From Octopus vulgaris (taxonomy: Eukaryota), in the NCBI GenBank assembly GCA_951406725.2, contig OX597827.1:58280001-58344000 (forward strand): DNA of 64,000 nt. The letters are read 5' to 3'. Below are positions 39,560-51,688 of this stretch, piece after piece; position 1 is the stretch's first letter; each line of letters starts with the position of its first letter. Under the pieces are notes generated by a model, which made no database searches, was not told where the DNA came from, and worked only from the letters and a program-made list of their open reading frames with translations. A program made the translations under genes and the position numbers.

Positions 39560-41048
39560 AGCATTTCTGACCATTTAATAAAAATGATATTACATGGTTG
39601 TTACTCCTATGATGCATAATTTAAAGCATACTTAAGTTTTGAAGTTCAGTTTAATTTCATACATATTGTATGGGGGAAACCCAGCTTAATATACTAAATA
39701 TATCTCTGATGAAATATGTTAAATGGAAGAAAATACTTGGTTGATGAGAAAAAGTTTTAGTAAAACACATTTGTAAGGTTTCTCCATAAGCTGTTTTTTT
39801 TTTTTTTTTTTTTTTTAATTATCAGTGATCTCGATCTTCTGAAGTGATATCAGTGTTGTTGGTGTCATATTAATTGTAAGCCAAGTACTGTTGAAAATAC
39901 GAACACAATTTTTTTTTTTCTTTTAAGCACTTTTACATTTTATTTCACTTTTCCTGTTTTGTTCCAAAAACCGAAAGTTAGCTAAGAACTGTTTAGTTTG
40001 TGGATCCTACAGGCATCATGCATACCATGAAGAATATCAGCATCATGACTTTTAAGCAAATCTCAATCAACTTTTTATAGCTATTCTTTACATTGTTGAG
40101 ATAGTACAATTTGATGGCTGGGCAGCTGCCAAACATTATTAAGAATAAAAGGTTTTACAGTGCACTGTAACTACCACAGGTTATGCAATCTATATTATTA
40201 CTCTATTTTCTTCAGTCTGTCTAACAGGTCATATAAATACCATTTCTACTCTCGTAATTGAATAAATATTATTTTGAAGTACATCTTGCTGCAAAAACCA
40301 CTCAGTAATTCATGCAAATATATTGATTCACCAAATTCATTTCATGTAGACATGTGTAAATTTAATGTACACTGCATGGTATATAATCTAAAATATGCTT
40401 ATTCTTGTGCTACCGTCATCGCTAAGCATATATGCTCTATGAAAGCTTATAACAGCATATCAAAATTTTAAAAATGTATTCAAGAATGTTTGTATATTAT
40501 TTTTATCTCTCTTTAATATCTTTTATTTAGAGATTTTTACGTTCATCTTTTCTGTTCTCATGTGGGTGGGATGATTTTTTTTTTTTAAAGATTTGTATGT
40601 TTGGTTAATATCGAAACATTGTTTTTACTGATTATTAATCAGAAGTAAAGCAGAAATGGAACCTATAATTGTTGGTTTCATATTTTGACACAAGGCCAGA
40701 AATTTGTTGATTACATTGACCCCAGTACTAAACCGGTCCTAATTTTATTAACTCCAAAAGGATGAAGTAGACCTAGGTGGAATTTAAACATCGATGAAAT
40801 GCTGTTAAGCAAATCACTCAGCATGTTTATGATCCTGCTAGCTTACTGCATTAATAAAACCTATAATTATTAATTAGTTAATCAGACTGAGGCAAGTAGA
40901 TTTATAATTAAATATTATTGGGAATTGTATTAAAAAAATTAAAATATTTTGCGTTTTGTAGAAGTATAAATAATTTATTGCTCATAAATTTTAGCAAAAT
41001 CTTATATAGATATCCTCTGGGGCCATGTGAACCCCAGTTGAGAAACTT

Positions 41049-41366
41049 TTAAACCCTTTTGTAACCATAGTTTGTTCGACTGAAAGCCTTCAAGGCGATG
41101 CTCCAGAATGACCTCAGTCAAATGATTGAAACAAGTAAAAAGAATATTTCTGTTGAAATACATTTTCTTTGTATCAACTATTTTTAAAAAATACTTCAGA
41201 AATTTGCAAAATAACTTTGTCTTTATTAAAATAGTATTTGGAACATATATTAGCAAGAAATTTTGATGGGAGATTGTGAGATTGTAAGTTTAGATCGCTT
41301 TAAGATAGAAAACTTGTGTCACAGAACCATGGGCATCCTTAGGCAGATTGGTATCAAAAAGGTTAA
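41049..41366 (-). mobile_element. piggyBac-like MITE family B (reverse), containing a SINE C tail fragment at ~41070-41143
   Basis: cccttttgtaac ... gtatcaaaaaggttaa. Confidence 0.8.
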
Positions 41367-43189
41367 CCGAGGCAGGGTTTCCGCTGATGCCAATGGCAGG
41401 GAAATGTTCAGTTATCAAAACTATAACGAGGAAGGAGTGTGATGTGAAAGGGCAATAGATTGTGAACAATATAGTAATATTATGGTTGTAAATATATGAA
41501 ACAAAGGTCACAACTTATACAAAGTGTGGATACGCATTGCGTTGCTTTCACGAGATATGAATGAGCTGTTATTTTATCAGTAATGATTAAGTGATGAAAA
41601 TAATGTGTTCCAGATATAGAATTCACTATTTTCTTTTAAGAGTCACTCATCAAGGTCTTACAAACGAGTAAACAAACAAAATATTGTTTAATCTAAGTAA
41701 GTAATTAACCTGCTAAAAACATTATCTAAAACTTCCCTGAATACAATCTCTGCTACTTGAAATAATAAACCTACTTATGTCTTATCTCCTACGTAACATG
41801 TATGATACAGGCAAAAATGATTATAGATAGAGTGGCAACCAGATCTGAAATTTTGCTAGCAGGAAGTTTGAATTTGAAACTGACTAAAGTCCAGAGAATT
41901 TAGTTCGTCAAAAGCTTATATATGTAAACTAAATCATCATCATCATCATTTTTATGTCTGTTTTTTTTTTTTTTCACACTGGCATGGGTTGGACAGCACA
42001 CTTCTTGAGGTCATAGTATTTCTGTGGTTGCATGCCCTTCTTGATGCTAACCCTTGTTTTTAAGTAAAGTATTTTATTCTACTGATCTTAGCATGGTGAA
42101 TCACTAAATGGTAGGATATTAACAAAAAGTCATCACTGCTCAGGCAGAGTAAGTGCAAAGACATGTGCACCTGCATGCGTGTACAGCCATCAGAGATTGT
42201 GTTCAGGGATGTTGCAATGTTTCATCGGTTAATTACTTACTTAGATTAAACTGTACTTTGTTTACTTCTTAAGTCCTTGGTGAGTGACTAACTCTAAAGG
42301 CAAATAGAGATCGCACTTTGTATAAATTTATATTAATTGTGACCTTTGCTTCATAGATTTACCTGTTCACATGAAACATTTCCTGATTATAGTTTTATAA
42401 CTTAACATCTCTCTACCATTACCTCAACAGAAGCGTTTTCTTAATTAATTTTGTAGTAATGTTTAAATTAGACATAAGACGCTTTTCTTATATGCTCTCA
42501 TTTCATGGTTTGGTATTATTTCGGTAGAAGACACTTATCCATGCTACCACACAGCAGAGTTGAACAGGAGACCACATGATTGCAAAGCAAACTTAACAGC
42601 ACAGTTATCATTGCACCTGAAGTTTTAGTTTTTCAGTTTTTCTTATAAGTTACAAATTGAGTGGCTTGTATTAAGATCTCTACCAGAGAATCGATGGTTA
42701 AATACTTGATTATATATATGTATTCTTTATAAGTGAGGACACTAAACAGAACTGGCTCGTTAATGATGGTCTTCATTGGCATGAATCAAGTGTAAAATAT
42801 AAAACAGAAACAGAATAGCTGTGTGTTGATGTACTAAAAAATTACTTTCTACTTCAGTTCACTGAACACCTGCATACACCTGTTTTTATTTCCATTTCTT
42901 TTGTGTTTCTTTTATGAAGCATCAAGTATTAAATTGGTTACTCAATCTGGTTGTGATTATTCAACCACTACCAGATATCTAAAAGTAAGAGAAATTGGTT
43001 TCGTAGTAAACTGATTTCTTTTGACTAAGCAGAATGATAATTTTTGCAGCAGAGGACATAGCCAATTTAACTAACTTCGGTGTATGTTTTATTGATCCTG
43101 AAGGGATGAAAGGTAGTCAGTGCAAATATGATGTGATCTGGGAATGTACTGAAACAAGACTAAATATTATAAGATATTTAGATTGATAC

Positions 43190-43395
43190 CAAGGTGGTGA
43201 GCTGGCAGAATTGTTAGCACCTTGGGCAAAATGCCTAGTGGCATTTTATCGGTCTTTACATTCTGTGTTCAAATTCCACTGAGGTTGACTTTGCCTTTCA
43301 TCCTTTCAGGGTCAATAAATTTAGTACCAGTGCAATTGACTAGTCCACCTCTCCTCAAATTTCAAGCCTTGTGCCTTTAGTAGAAAAGATATTTA
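43190..43395 (+). mobile_element. SINE family D
   Basis: aaggtggtgagctggcagaattgttagcac...cttgtgcctttagtagaaaagat. Confidence 0.85.
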
Positions 43396-43696
43396 GCTTG
43401 ATACTCTCACATTGTTATCAACTTCCTATTAATTACAAGCCAGTGATGCAGTCAGTCACCTCGCTTGAATAGTAACCAGAATTTCTCTCTAGTCATGCTT
43501 TCTTATCTTTTATATATAAAAAAATACAAGACAGTATGCATTGGAGAATGTAATCTTAAATACACAGTTTCTGAAAATAACATGAGGTGTCATAATAGTG
43601 TTACTCTTGATTATAAGGTTTACTGGACTAGGACTGACTAATGGTTAAACAACAATGGCTTACTAACCATTTGGGCCGACAAAAGAACCTTTACAA

Positions 43697-44034
43697 CAAG
43701 GACGTGTCACCTAGGTAAGCAAGGTAGGCAGTGCCTACCTTGAATAAAATGGATCGATAGCAACATTTTCCTTTTATGGCAAAATATTAAAATTTTTTGG
43801 TTGATCAGGTAGGCATAATTTGTCCCTGTCTTTCAATCTTAGTATTTAAGCACACAGTATTTCTGTAGTACACGTGCTGTGTACATTCCTACAACGTTTC
43901 CTTTCCATGCTGTAAAGAGAAGTAAATCTGCCTTTAACTCAGTGACATGGCTGTTTCACTTGTTTTTTTGTGTGTTTTACTACATAAATATCACTAATTG
44001 CCTACCCTGAGTAATTACTGACAGCACGTGCCTG
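43697..44034. mobile_element. hAT-type MITE
   Basis: Perfect 8-bp TSD ctttacaa (43689-43696, 44035-44042), imperfect TIRs caaggacgtg / cacgtgcctg, subterminal ggtaggca/tgcctacc repeats. Confidence 0.85.
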
Positions 44035-44510
44035 CTTTACAAAGTCTCTTGACTTGCTAGATATTGCAACCAAATCTCTGTTTGAAAAGAGGTTAGTGCT
44101 GAAATATCTTTGATCAGAGAGTCAAAGTTGACCTGGAGATAAATAATAACAATACCTTACTAATCATTTCTTTAGTAATAAATTAACTATAATGTATGAA
44201 GCTATTACACCATTCAATTGACCAATCAATAAAGGTGAACATTAAGCATACATTTGCTTGTAATATGAAGAGCTTAAAATTAACTCAATGAATGTAGATG
44301 AACAACAACTCTTGAAATCAAATATGGATCATATAAAAGCTTTTATGTGCTCATTGATATGAAGAAATGCAGGCCAGTTTTGAAGAAAAAAAACATTTGA
44401 CACTTAGCTAATGAACTGTTTGGATAGTCAGGACTAAATAGATGGGTAGAAAGAATGATTTATGCATACATACATGTGTATGGTTGTTATATTTTAATTT
44501 GAATATTAAG

Positions 44511-44700
44511 AAAGGCGGCAAGCTGGCAGAATCATTAGGACGCCAGGCGAAACACTTAGCGGTATTTCGTCTGCTGTTCTCTGAAATTTCAGAGAAGGGG
44601 ATAAGTCAGTTACATTGACTACCAACTGGTAGTTATTTTATTGACCCCAAAAGGATTAAAAAAAACAGTCAACCTCTGTTGAATTTGAACTCAGAACAGC
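44511..44700. mobile_element. SINE family D with inverted 3' portion
   Basis: Forward head to 44580, remainder in reverse orientation. Confidence 0.8.
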
Positions 44701-45850
44701 AATGATAACCATTCTATAGGCATGTTTACCTTTGATGTAAGTCTAGTGGAATCAGCCTGACGCAGTGTGATGAGGCCAGACCTTTTGAATTACTGGTACA
44801 ATCTATCCAATTGTACCTGTTTCATAGTTTGACTCTGCATGACACCTTAAGTAAGTGTCCTCTTTTGATAGCCCTGGGCCAACTAATTTTTTGTCAATGA
44901 ATTTAGTAAATGGCCACTATATAGAAGCCTTTAATGTGTGTACATACATATACAAATATTAGCATTCTGTGGCATTGTCCTGTCACCAGCTGAGCAAATC
45001 AGTGATATGCTGTTTGCATTCCTTGTTGATATTATGACCAGTTGCTTTATGCTTTTGAAGGCTTGTGGAATAAGGAAAATAAATCCCTTAATGAGAATAA
45101 AACAGATAAGGGTTGACAATAAGTAAAGCATACAACTATAATATCTTGTCTCGGATAAGTCTCCATCCAGGTAGCGCAGAAAAATGGACATTGAATGAAT
45201 GAATGGATATGTATGTGCCCTCTTTTTATGGACAGACACACGATATGTAATCAGTTGCTTCAACTATAAAAAAAAGAAAGAAACAAAAGGAAAAAGAAAC
45301 TTTAAATCAGATTATCAGATAACTTCAAATGTTGAACACACACACACACACATAAAGAAAAAGAGAAATTACTGACAATCTGTTTCACAAAAGATAACAG
45401 AAGTGTCTAGTGTACCAAACTTGCGGAATGTCTAATGAATGTAACTTAGCCAACATAATCTTGCAGTTAGCTGGCTTCTCAAATACAAATAGAAAGCTAC
45501 TTAATTATCATCCATTTGATCGAGGAGAAGGGGTGGGGTGGGGGAGAAGACAAAGAGATATATATATATATAAAAAAAAAAAAGAAAGAACTGATCAAGA
45601 AAGACTGATTAAAAGTGTACTTAGAATGGACAGTTAAAGATAATGGTTTCATTGTTATTGATGCAAAGTTAAGCTTAATCTAATGGGAAAGTGTTGTAAA
45701 TACCGACTAGTTATTTCGTAACTAACCATCTAAGCCATCATGGATTACCGATGGCTAATCCACGTTTATCTTCATGAATTTGCTTTTTTTAAAAAAAACT
45801 TTTTTTATCTATTTATGTGGTTGTTGTCGATATTATTATTATTATTATTA

Positions 45851-46656
45851 ACTACATGCTGAGTTAGTGAAGTCCCTAATGTGTCAGACAAAATGCTTAA
45901 TGACATTTTATTCTGAGTTTGAATTCTGTCAAGATGGACTTTGCTTTTTATCCTTTCGGAATTGATAAAATAAGTACCAGCTGAGCATTGGGGTCAGTAT
46001 AATTAACTACTCCCTCCCCACCAGATTTCAAGCTTTGTACTAGAATTATTATCAAAGATGGCAAGCTAGCAGGATCATTAGCATGTCAGACAAAATACTT
46101 TGCAGCATTTCTTCATGCATGATGTTCTGCATTCAAATACCACTGAGGCCAACTTGCCTGCCATCCTTTTGGAAGGTAGATAAAATAAATACCAGTTGCA
46201 TATTGGGGTCAATCTTATCAACTGGCCCCGTCCCCCAAAATTTCAGGCTTTGTGCTTATAATAGAAAAGATTATTATTATTAAGGCAGCGAGCTGGCAGA
46301 ATCATTAGCACACTGGACGAAATGCTTAGTGGTATTTCGCCCATATCTACGTTCTGAGTTCAAATTCTACTGCAGTTGACTTTACCTTTCATCCTTTTGA
46401 GGTCGATAAAATAAGTACCAGTTGACCACTGAGGTCAATGTAATCAATTCATCCCCTCCTCCCAAAATTGCTGCCCTTGTAGCAAATTTGAAACCATTAT
46501 TGTTGTTGTTATTCTGCTGAGGTCAGCTTTGCCTTTCATCCTCTCGGGGCCAATAAATAGATACTAGTTGTACACTGGGGTTGATGTAATTGATTTATCT
46601 CCTTCCCAAAATTGCTGTCCTTGTGCCAAAATTTGAAATGTTTATCATCATCATCA

Positions 46657-46691
<35 letters not shown>

Positions 46692-46935
46692 GTGGTGGTG
46701 GTGGTGGTTAGGTGGCAGAATTGTTAGCATATTGGGTAAAATGCTTAGTGGCATTTCGTCCATATTTATGTTCTGAATTCAAATTCCACAGAGATCAACA
46801 TTGCCTTTTATTCCTTTGGGGGTTGATAAAATAAGTACCAGCTGAGCACTGGGGTCAATTGAATTGACTTGCCCCCCTCCTTCCCCCCAAATTTCTGACC
46901 TTGTGCCATAGTTTGAAATTTTTATTATTATCATT
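45851..46935 (+). repeat. Head-to-tail array of five SINE family D copies separated by (TAT)n-type tails
   Basis: Units at ~45851, 46055, 46282, 46511 (5'-truncated) and 46700, each with a ttgcctttcatcc...taagtaccag-like core. Confidence 0.9.
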
Positions 46936-49032
46936 ATTTGTAATAGATATGATTTCCATCAGAACTATCATATATGGGGATCTTCTTTTAACCTGTTTTA
47001 ATATTATTTATAAGAACAAAATTGCCTATGGATGGATGAATTGTCATTCTAATAGATGTTAAATTGGGTGTTAAAATTCTACTGCTGATATTTTGAAGAA
47101 CACATGCAGATTCCGCAGAGTAATCTAAAATTAACACCAGTGTTGTTGTTGATGCCTAAGTCATATTTATTGGCTAATAGGTCTTTTTGCATATTACCCA
47201 ATGTGTTCAGTAGTTGGGTAGGGTGTGCTTTAAAGAAATTTGACTGTTTTTTTCTAGCATGCCAAACAACCATGTAAAAGAATTCCTCATTATTCAGTAT
47301 TTTTATCTGTAATCTGTTTTATATCACAGAAACAGAAAAATAAACAGAAATTCTATGAATTGCTGAGATGTTAGCTTAAATATTGTATATAACCAATTTG
47401 GAAAATAAATACTTGCCATGAATGATGTATTTCTCATCAATTTGGGTCTTCCAAAGATAATTATATCAAATTGCATCAATATGTTTAAGTTTATAGTGAT
47501 ACAGAAGTGTTTGATATAAGTTTATATTGTTTACCTGAAAAATTTGAAAAATTACCTTGAAAATTTCTTTAAGCATTTTCTTGCAAAACCAAATAGAAAT
47601 TTGTTGTTGCTTGTTCTATAAAATGACCGGTCCACAAGCTTCTTGATATTCATATCACAAATCTTGTGATTAAAGTTTCAAGAAAAAAGGTTATTTGGTA
47701 TTTGTAGTGCTGTTTAATGTCATTTAATCACTACCTGTAGAGAAATTGTTAAAAACCTGTTTTACTCAAAGCTGACTGAACCAGAGGTAGTTACAACTGA
47801 GATGGTATGAACTCATTGGTGTAAACGATTTGTAACTTTTTGTTCACAGCTACTGACTGGCCAGGTAGAGTAGCTCTACTCTGATATGCAAGGAAAATAT
47901 TTCCTCTTAGAGCTTGTATATTATTTCTGTGTAAATATGAGATCTACATATGAAAACTCAAACATGCACTAAGGTGGTGGTGGTGGTGGTGGTGGCAGCT
48001 GCAGTGGTGGGGAGGTCCATTAGATGAATGTATGCAACAGCTAATATTTTAGCTGGCTCAGGCCTTCAGTATTGTTCAGAAGAGTTCACCACATCATTAA
48101 CCCTTTTAACAAGCATTTGTCAGCTCATTGAGAGTACATCTGTGTAGTTACAGACTGAAGCATTCTTGACTGTGTGGGGCAGTGTCAGAGAAAGATAATA
48201 TTTCTTCTGCAGCAATCTTTACTGTGTTTAGACTGTGAATACCCAGCTAAAAATATTACATATAACAAGTGTCTGAGAAACTATTTCACTAAAGTATGTC
48301 GTTCCTCTGACAGTGCTTCAGTATGTGTCGTTTCTTTGTGTACCGTCTATTCCAAGTTTTGCTATGAAAGTAGTTTTCAGTTGAAGTGGTTGTTTCATGA
48401 ATGTTATAAAAAACTTCATCAGTTTCTTGTATTTGTCTTGTGTTTTATGGGCTCAGTCTATCTCATTGTTTTTCTTTTTAAGTGTTTCATTTTTTTTTTC
48501 TTTTGTTCCTTCATTTTGACCTCTCTTTCCCCACCAGTTTTAAGTTACACACAAGATATAACTAATGCCATTAGCTAAAGACACACATGCTCACTGAAAA
48601 GAATGTGGATCCTCTTAGTATATTTGTGGTCTGTAATTTTACAGAAAGCCTTATTAAAGTACTAACTTCCTTTCTCTCTGGAGCTAGTTAGATAAGTATC
48701 AAGCATATATTACTATCAGTACAGTGGACAGTACTAACTCCCCATTTTCATCTCCTTTTCTGTCCTTGTGCCACCATTAGAAACCAGTTCTACCACTCTT
48801 CTCAACCACAATGCATATCAAATGGTGGAGTTAAATCTCCTTCAAATCACACCACTCTAGACTACCTCACTGAAAAGGGCAGGATTGTCTTTGATCATTG
48901 GTTTATTCAATCAGTTATAATTTGGGAGCTAAACAACAACCACTGTGCATGCCATTTATTTATTGTTTTTTTAACCCCCTTTTTTCAGAATTCTCTATCT
49001 ATATCTCAATTTCACTTTTCTTTGTTTAACAG

Positions 49033-51043
49033 GCTGTGATGTTTCAAATACTCAGAGCAACTCAAGAAAAAAGAAAAGAAAAATTTATCCTTTGAGAGAA
49101 GAGAGTGTAGATGTAGAAACAGCAGGTAGTTTGCCAAAGAATCAGTGTGAGGAACCAACTAGTAAGAGCCAGAAGTCTGCAAAGCCATCCAATGCAAGGA
49201 CACCAAAATCCAAGAACAAGCACTCCAAAAAACCTAAACGTATTAGATTAAAATCGAAACGCAACAAAAACAATTTCAAAGGTGTTTCAGGGGTTAATGT
49301 GAAGTCTAAGGCAACAAGTGGATCTCGAGCTGTTAATGCAAAGGGTAACTTAAAAAGCAAGCGATTGTCCAATTCTGCTCTGGGAGTCATTTCTAATCAT
49401 GAAGTGAAATCCACAGAGAATGAAGTAGCTAAAAAATCTGAACTTCCGGAAAAGGTACCCAGAAAAGAATTTTCTGCAATATTAACCAACAAAGAGCTTG
49501 AGAAACTGTGTATAAGAAATAGCACTGTATCTATCAAGGTAAAGAAATTAGAGGATTTTCCTCCGGAAAAAATCTCAATATCTTTACGTGAGAAGAAAGT
49601 AGTGCCAACAAGCAGGGAAAACAAGAAAGCAGAAGACCTCATATTGTCTGTGAAAACCCAAATTACCAAAGATGAATCTGGTAGTGACAATAAGGAATCT
49701 TCTTCTGACTTTGAACTGAAGGATAAGAAACTTTGCAACAACACCCTTAAAGATGCTTCATTTTCTCTGAAAGCAAAGTCTGCAAATAATGGTGTGAAGA
49801 CTTTGTTGGAACAGAGTATTTTGGCTGGTATCCAAGATAATATGCATTTTAAAAAACAATTCTTATTAGCAGGTAACAACAACAACAGCTCTGGAAAGCA
49901 GTCCCCTAAACAAAAGTCACATCTAAAAGAAGAGCCATCTTCACCTTCATCACAACAACAACAAAAACAACAACAACAACAACCACTGCCACCACCACCA
50001 CCATCATCACAACAGCAACAACAACCACAGCAACAAAATCCTTTAGCTGCTAATATTGACTTTAATCGACCAGTGACTGATCAGATTACAAAGTTAGCCA
50101 AAGCAGAAAAATTATCCCAGAATGGAAATGATCTCCCACAATCTTCCTGTTCTTCTACTGCTAAAAGTGAAGCAGAATCTGTCTCTGTTAAGAACATTAG
50201 TCCTATTGTTTGCAAATCTGCTGATATACCAAATGAAAAATCTTTCTCTTCAATTAAGAAACCTGTAGCATCAGAGAAAATGGATTATACAACTACAGAC
50301 CACAGTGAAGAACGACAGATATCAAAGTCTGAGTGGTCTCGTGTAGAGGAAATCAAAAATCATAAGTTCAGTCCTACAGCAAGTCCATTAATTATAGATA
50401 AACACGAACCTGTTCACCCATATCGTGATCCAGAACTCATGCGTAAGAACCCTGTACAGAGCATGCTTACACCCCACAAACCTCTCAGCTCTTCATACCC
50501 TAATGTACCAACAGCCATTCCTGCAGGGCACGGATCTCTCCCTACATCAAATCAGCTATCAACCCATCAATTGCAGAGGACATTAATACCTCAAGTTCCT
50601 TATCCACCACACCAACTTCAATCTTTGGGTTCTCTACCACCAGCTCATTTACCTCTACCTCATGCAGCTGCCCTAGGCCAGATTGAAGCCCGCGGACTCA
50701 CTGCACCACCACTTAGCGCAATTGCTCCACAGCAACAGCAGCAGACGCAACATCCTAGTCATTTGACTGCTTTGCAATATCCAAATACTCCACTTCCTCT
50801 GATATCTTCATATAGTCCGTTACACAGTGGCCTAAACAATACACAGCTCGATGTATTGTGGCAACAGCAGCAGAAGTTTGCAGGTGTTTCGAACCCACAG
50901 TTTATGTTAAATCAACATCAAGAAGGTTTGATTAGAGAAGCCAACATTCTGCACGAGCGTGAACTGGACCGTGAACGATTAGAAAGGGAACGTCTTGAGC
51001 GTGAACGGATAGAACGGCATCTTGAGCAAGAAAGATTGGAAAG
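49033..51043 (+). CDS. Large 2011-nt internal coding exon of a probable KDM3/JMJD1C-family JmjC histone H3K9 demethylase (disordered region, no JmjC domain in window)
   Basis: Polypyrimidine acceptor ttttctttgtttaacag at 49032 and donor AG|gtaagt at 51044. The 651-aa ORF extends upstream in frame to the acceptor. Lys-rich NLS-like, polyQ/P, His/Pro-rich and ERE-repeat segments. SPLIIDKHEPVHPYRDP resembles JMJD1C SPLIIDKNEHFTVYRDP (from memory). The exon itself is near certain; the family call is less so. Confidence 0.8.
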
Positions 51044-51096
51044 GTAAGTTGCACAAATGTGTTTGTGGTGTTATTTTTTTAATTTTTTCAATAGAT

Positions 51097-51309
51097 TTAA
51101 CCCTTTTGATACCAATCTGCCTGGTACTATAACACCAAATTCCTGTTTTGAAGTGATCTAAATTAAAATTTTCCATCAAAATTTCATGTTATGCTATAAG
51201 CACCAGCTTGATAATGGCAAAGCTATTTTACTAAATTCTTCATTATTTAAAAAATTATTTGAAATAAAGCCATTATATTTTAGTAGAAATACAGTAACAA
51301 AAGGGTTAA
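51097..51309 (+). mobile_element. piggyBac-like MITE family B
   Basis: ttaacccttttgatac ... gtaacaaaagggttaa. Confidence 0.88.
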
Positions 51310-51399
51310 TAATTAGCTTTGAAATTATATTAGGCAGAGTTACTGAAACAGTTTCATTACAATTAAGAAGATAATTTTGTATCAAAAACATAAAGCATG

Positions 51400-51688
51400 C
51401 ATAACTGTCATTTGCAAGGAAGTATGACTTAGCACCATGTTGTCACTAATTGCTTGAAGTGTCTGTCTAGTCATGATTAGGCTTTGATACCCTCTCAGCC
51501 TTGAAGATGTGACAAGGAGAGAGGCAAGCACTTGGCTGGTACCCAGTTTCAGCTGACCGAACTGGAGCAATGTGAAATGCAGTTTCTTGTTCAAGAGAAC
51601 ACATAATGCACCACCCAGTCAAGAAACTGAACACACAACTTAATGATCATGTGGTCACCACCCTAACCACTAGGCCATGTACCTTCAT
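51400..51688 (-). mobile_element. Old tRNA-derived CORE/Meta-like SINE
   Basis: Minus strand tggcctagtggttaggg A box, then ttgaacaagaaactgcatttcacattgctccag...cagctgaaactgggtacc. Confidence 0.7.

Noticed and set aside
45851-46935. CRISPR-like or novel tandem array
   Set aside because: Units are ~130-230-nt diverged SINE copies also dispersed elsewhere, in a eukaryotic context
49092-49094. ORF-track start of the 651-aa ORF
   Set aside because: It is a TTG inside an exon; the frame is open back to the acceptor at 49033
49142-49885. Antisense ORFs of 82 and 162 aa
   Set aside because: Shadows of the real plus-strand exon
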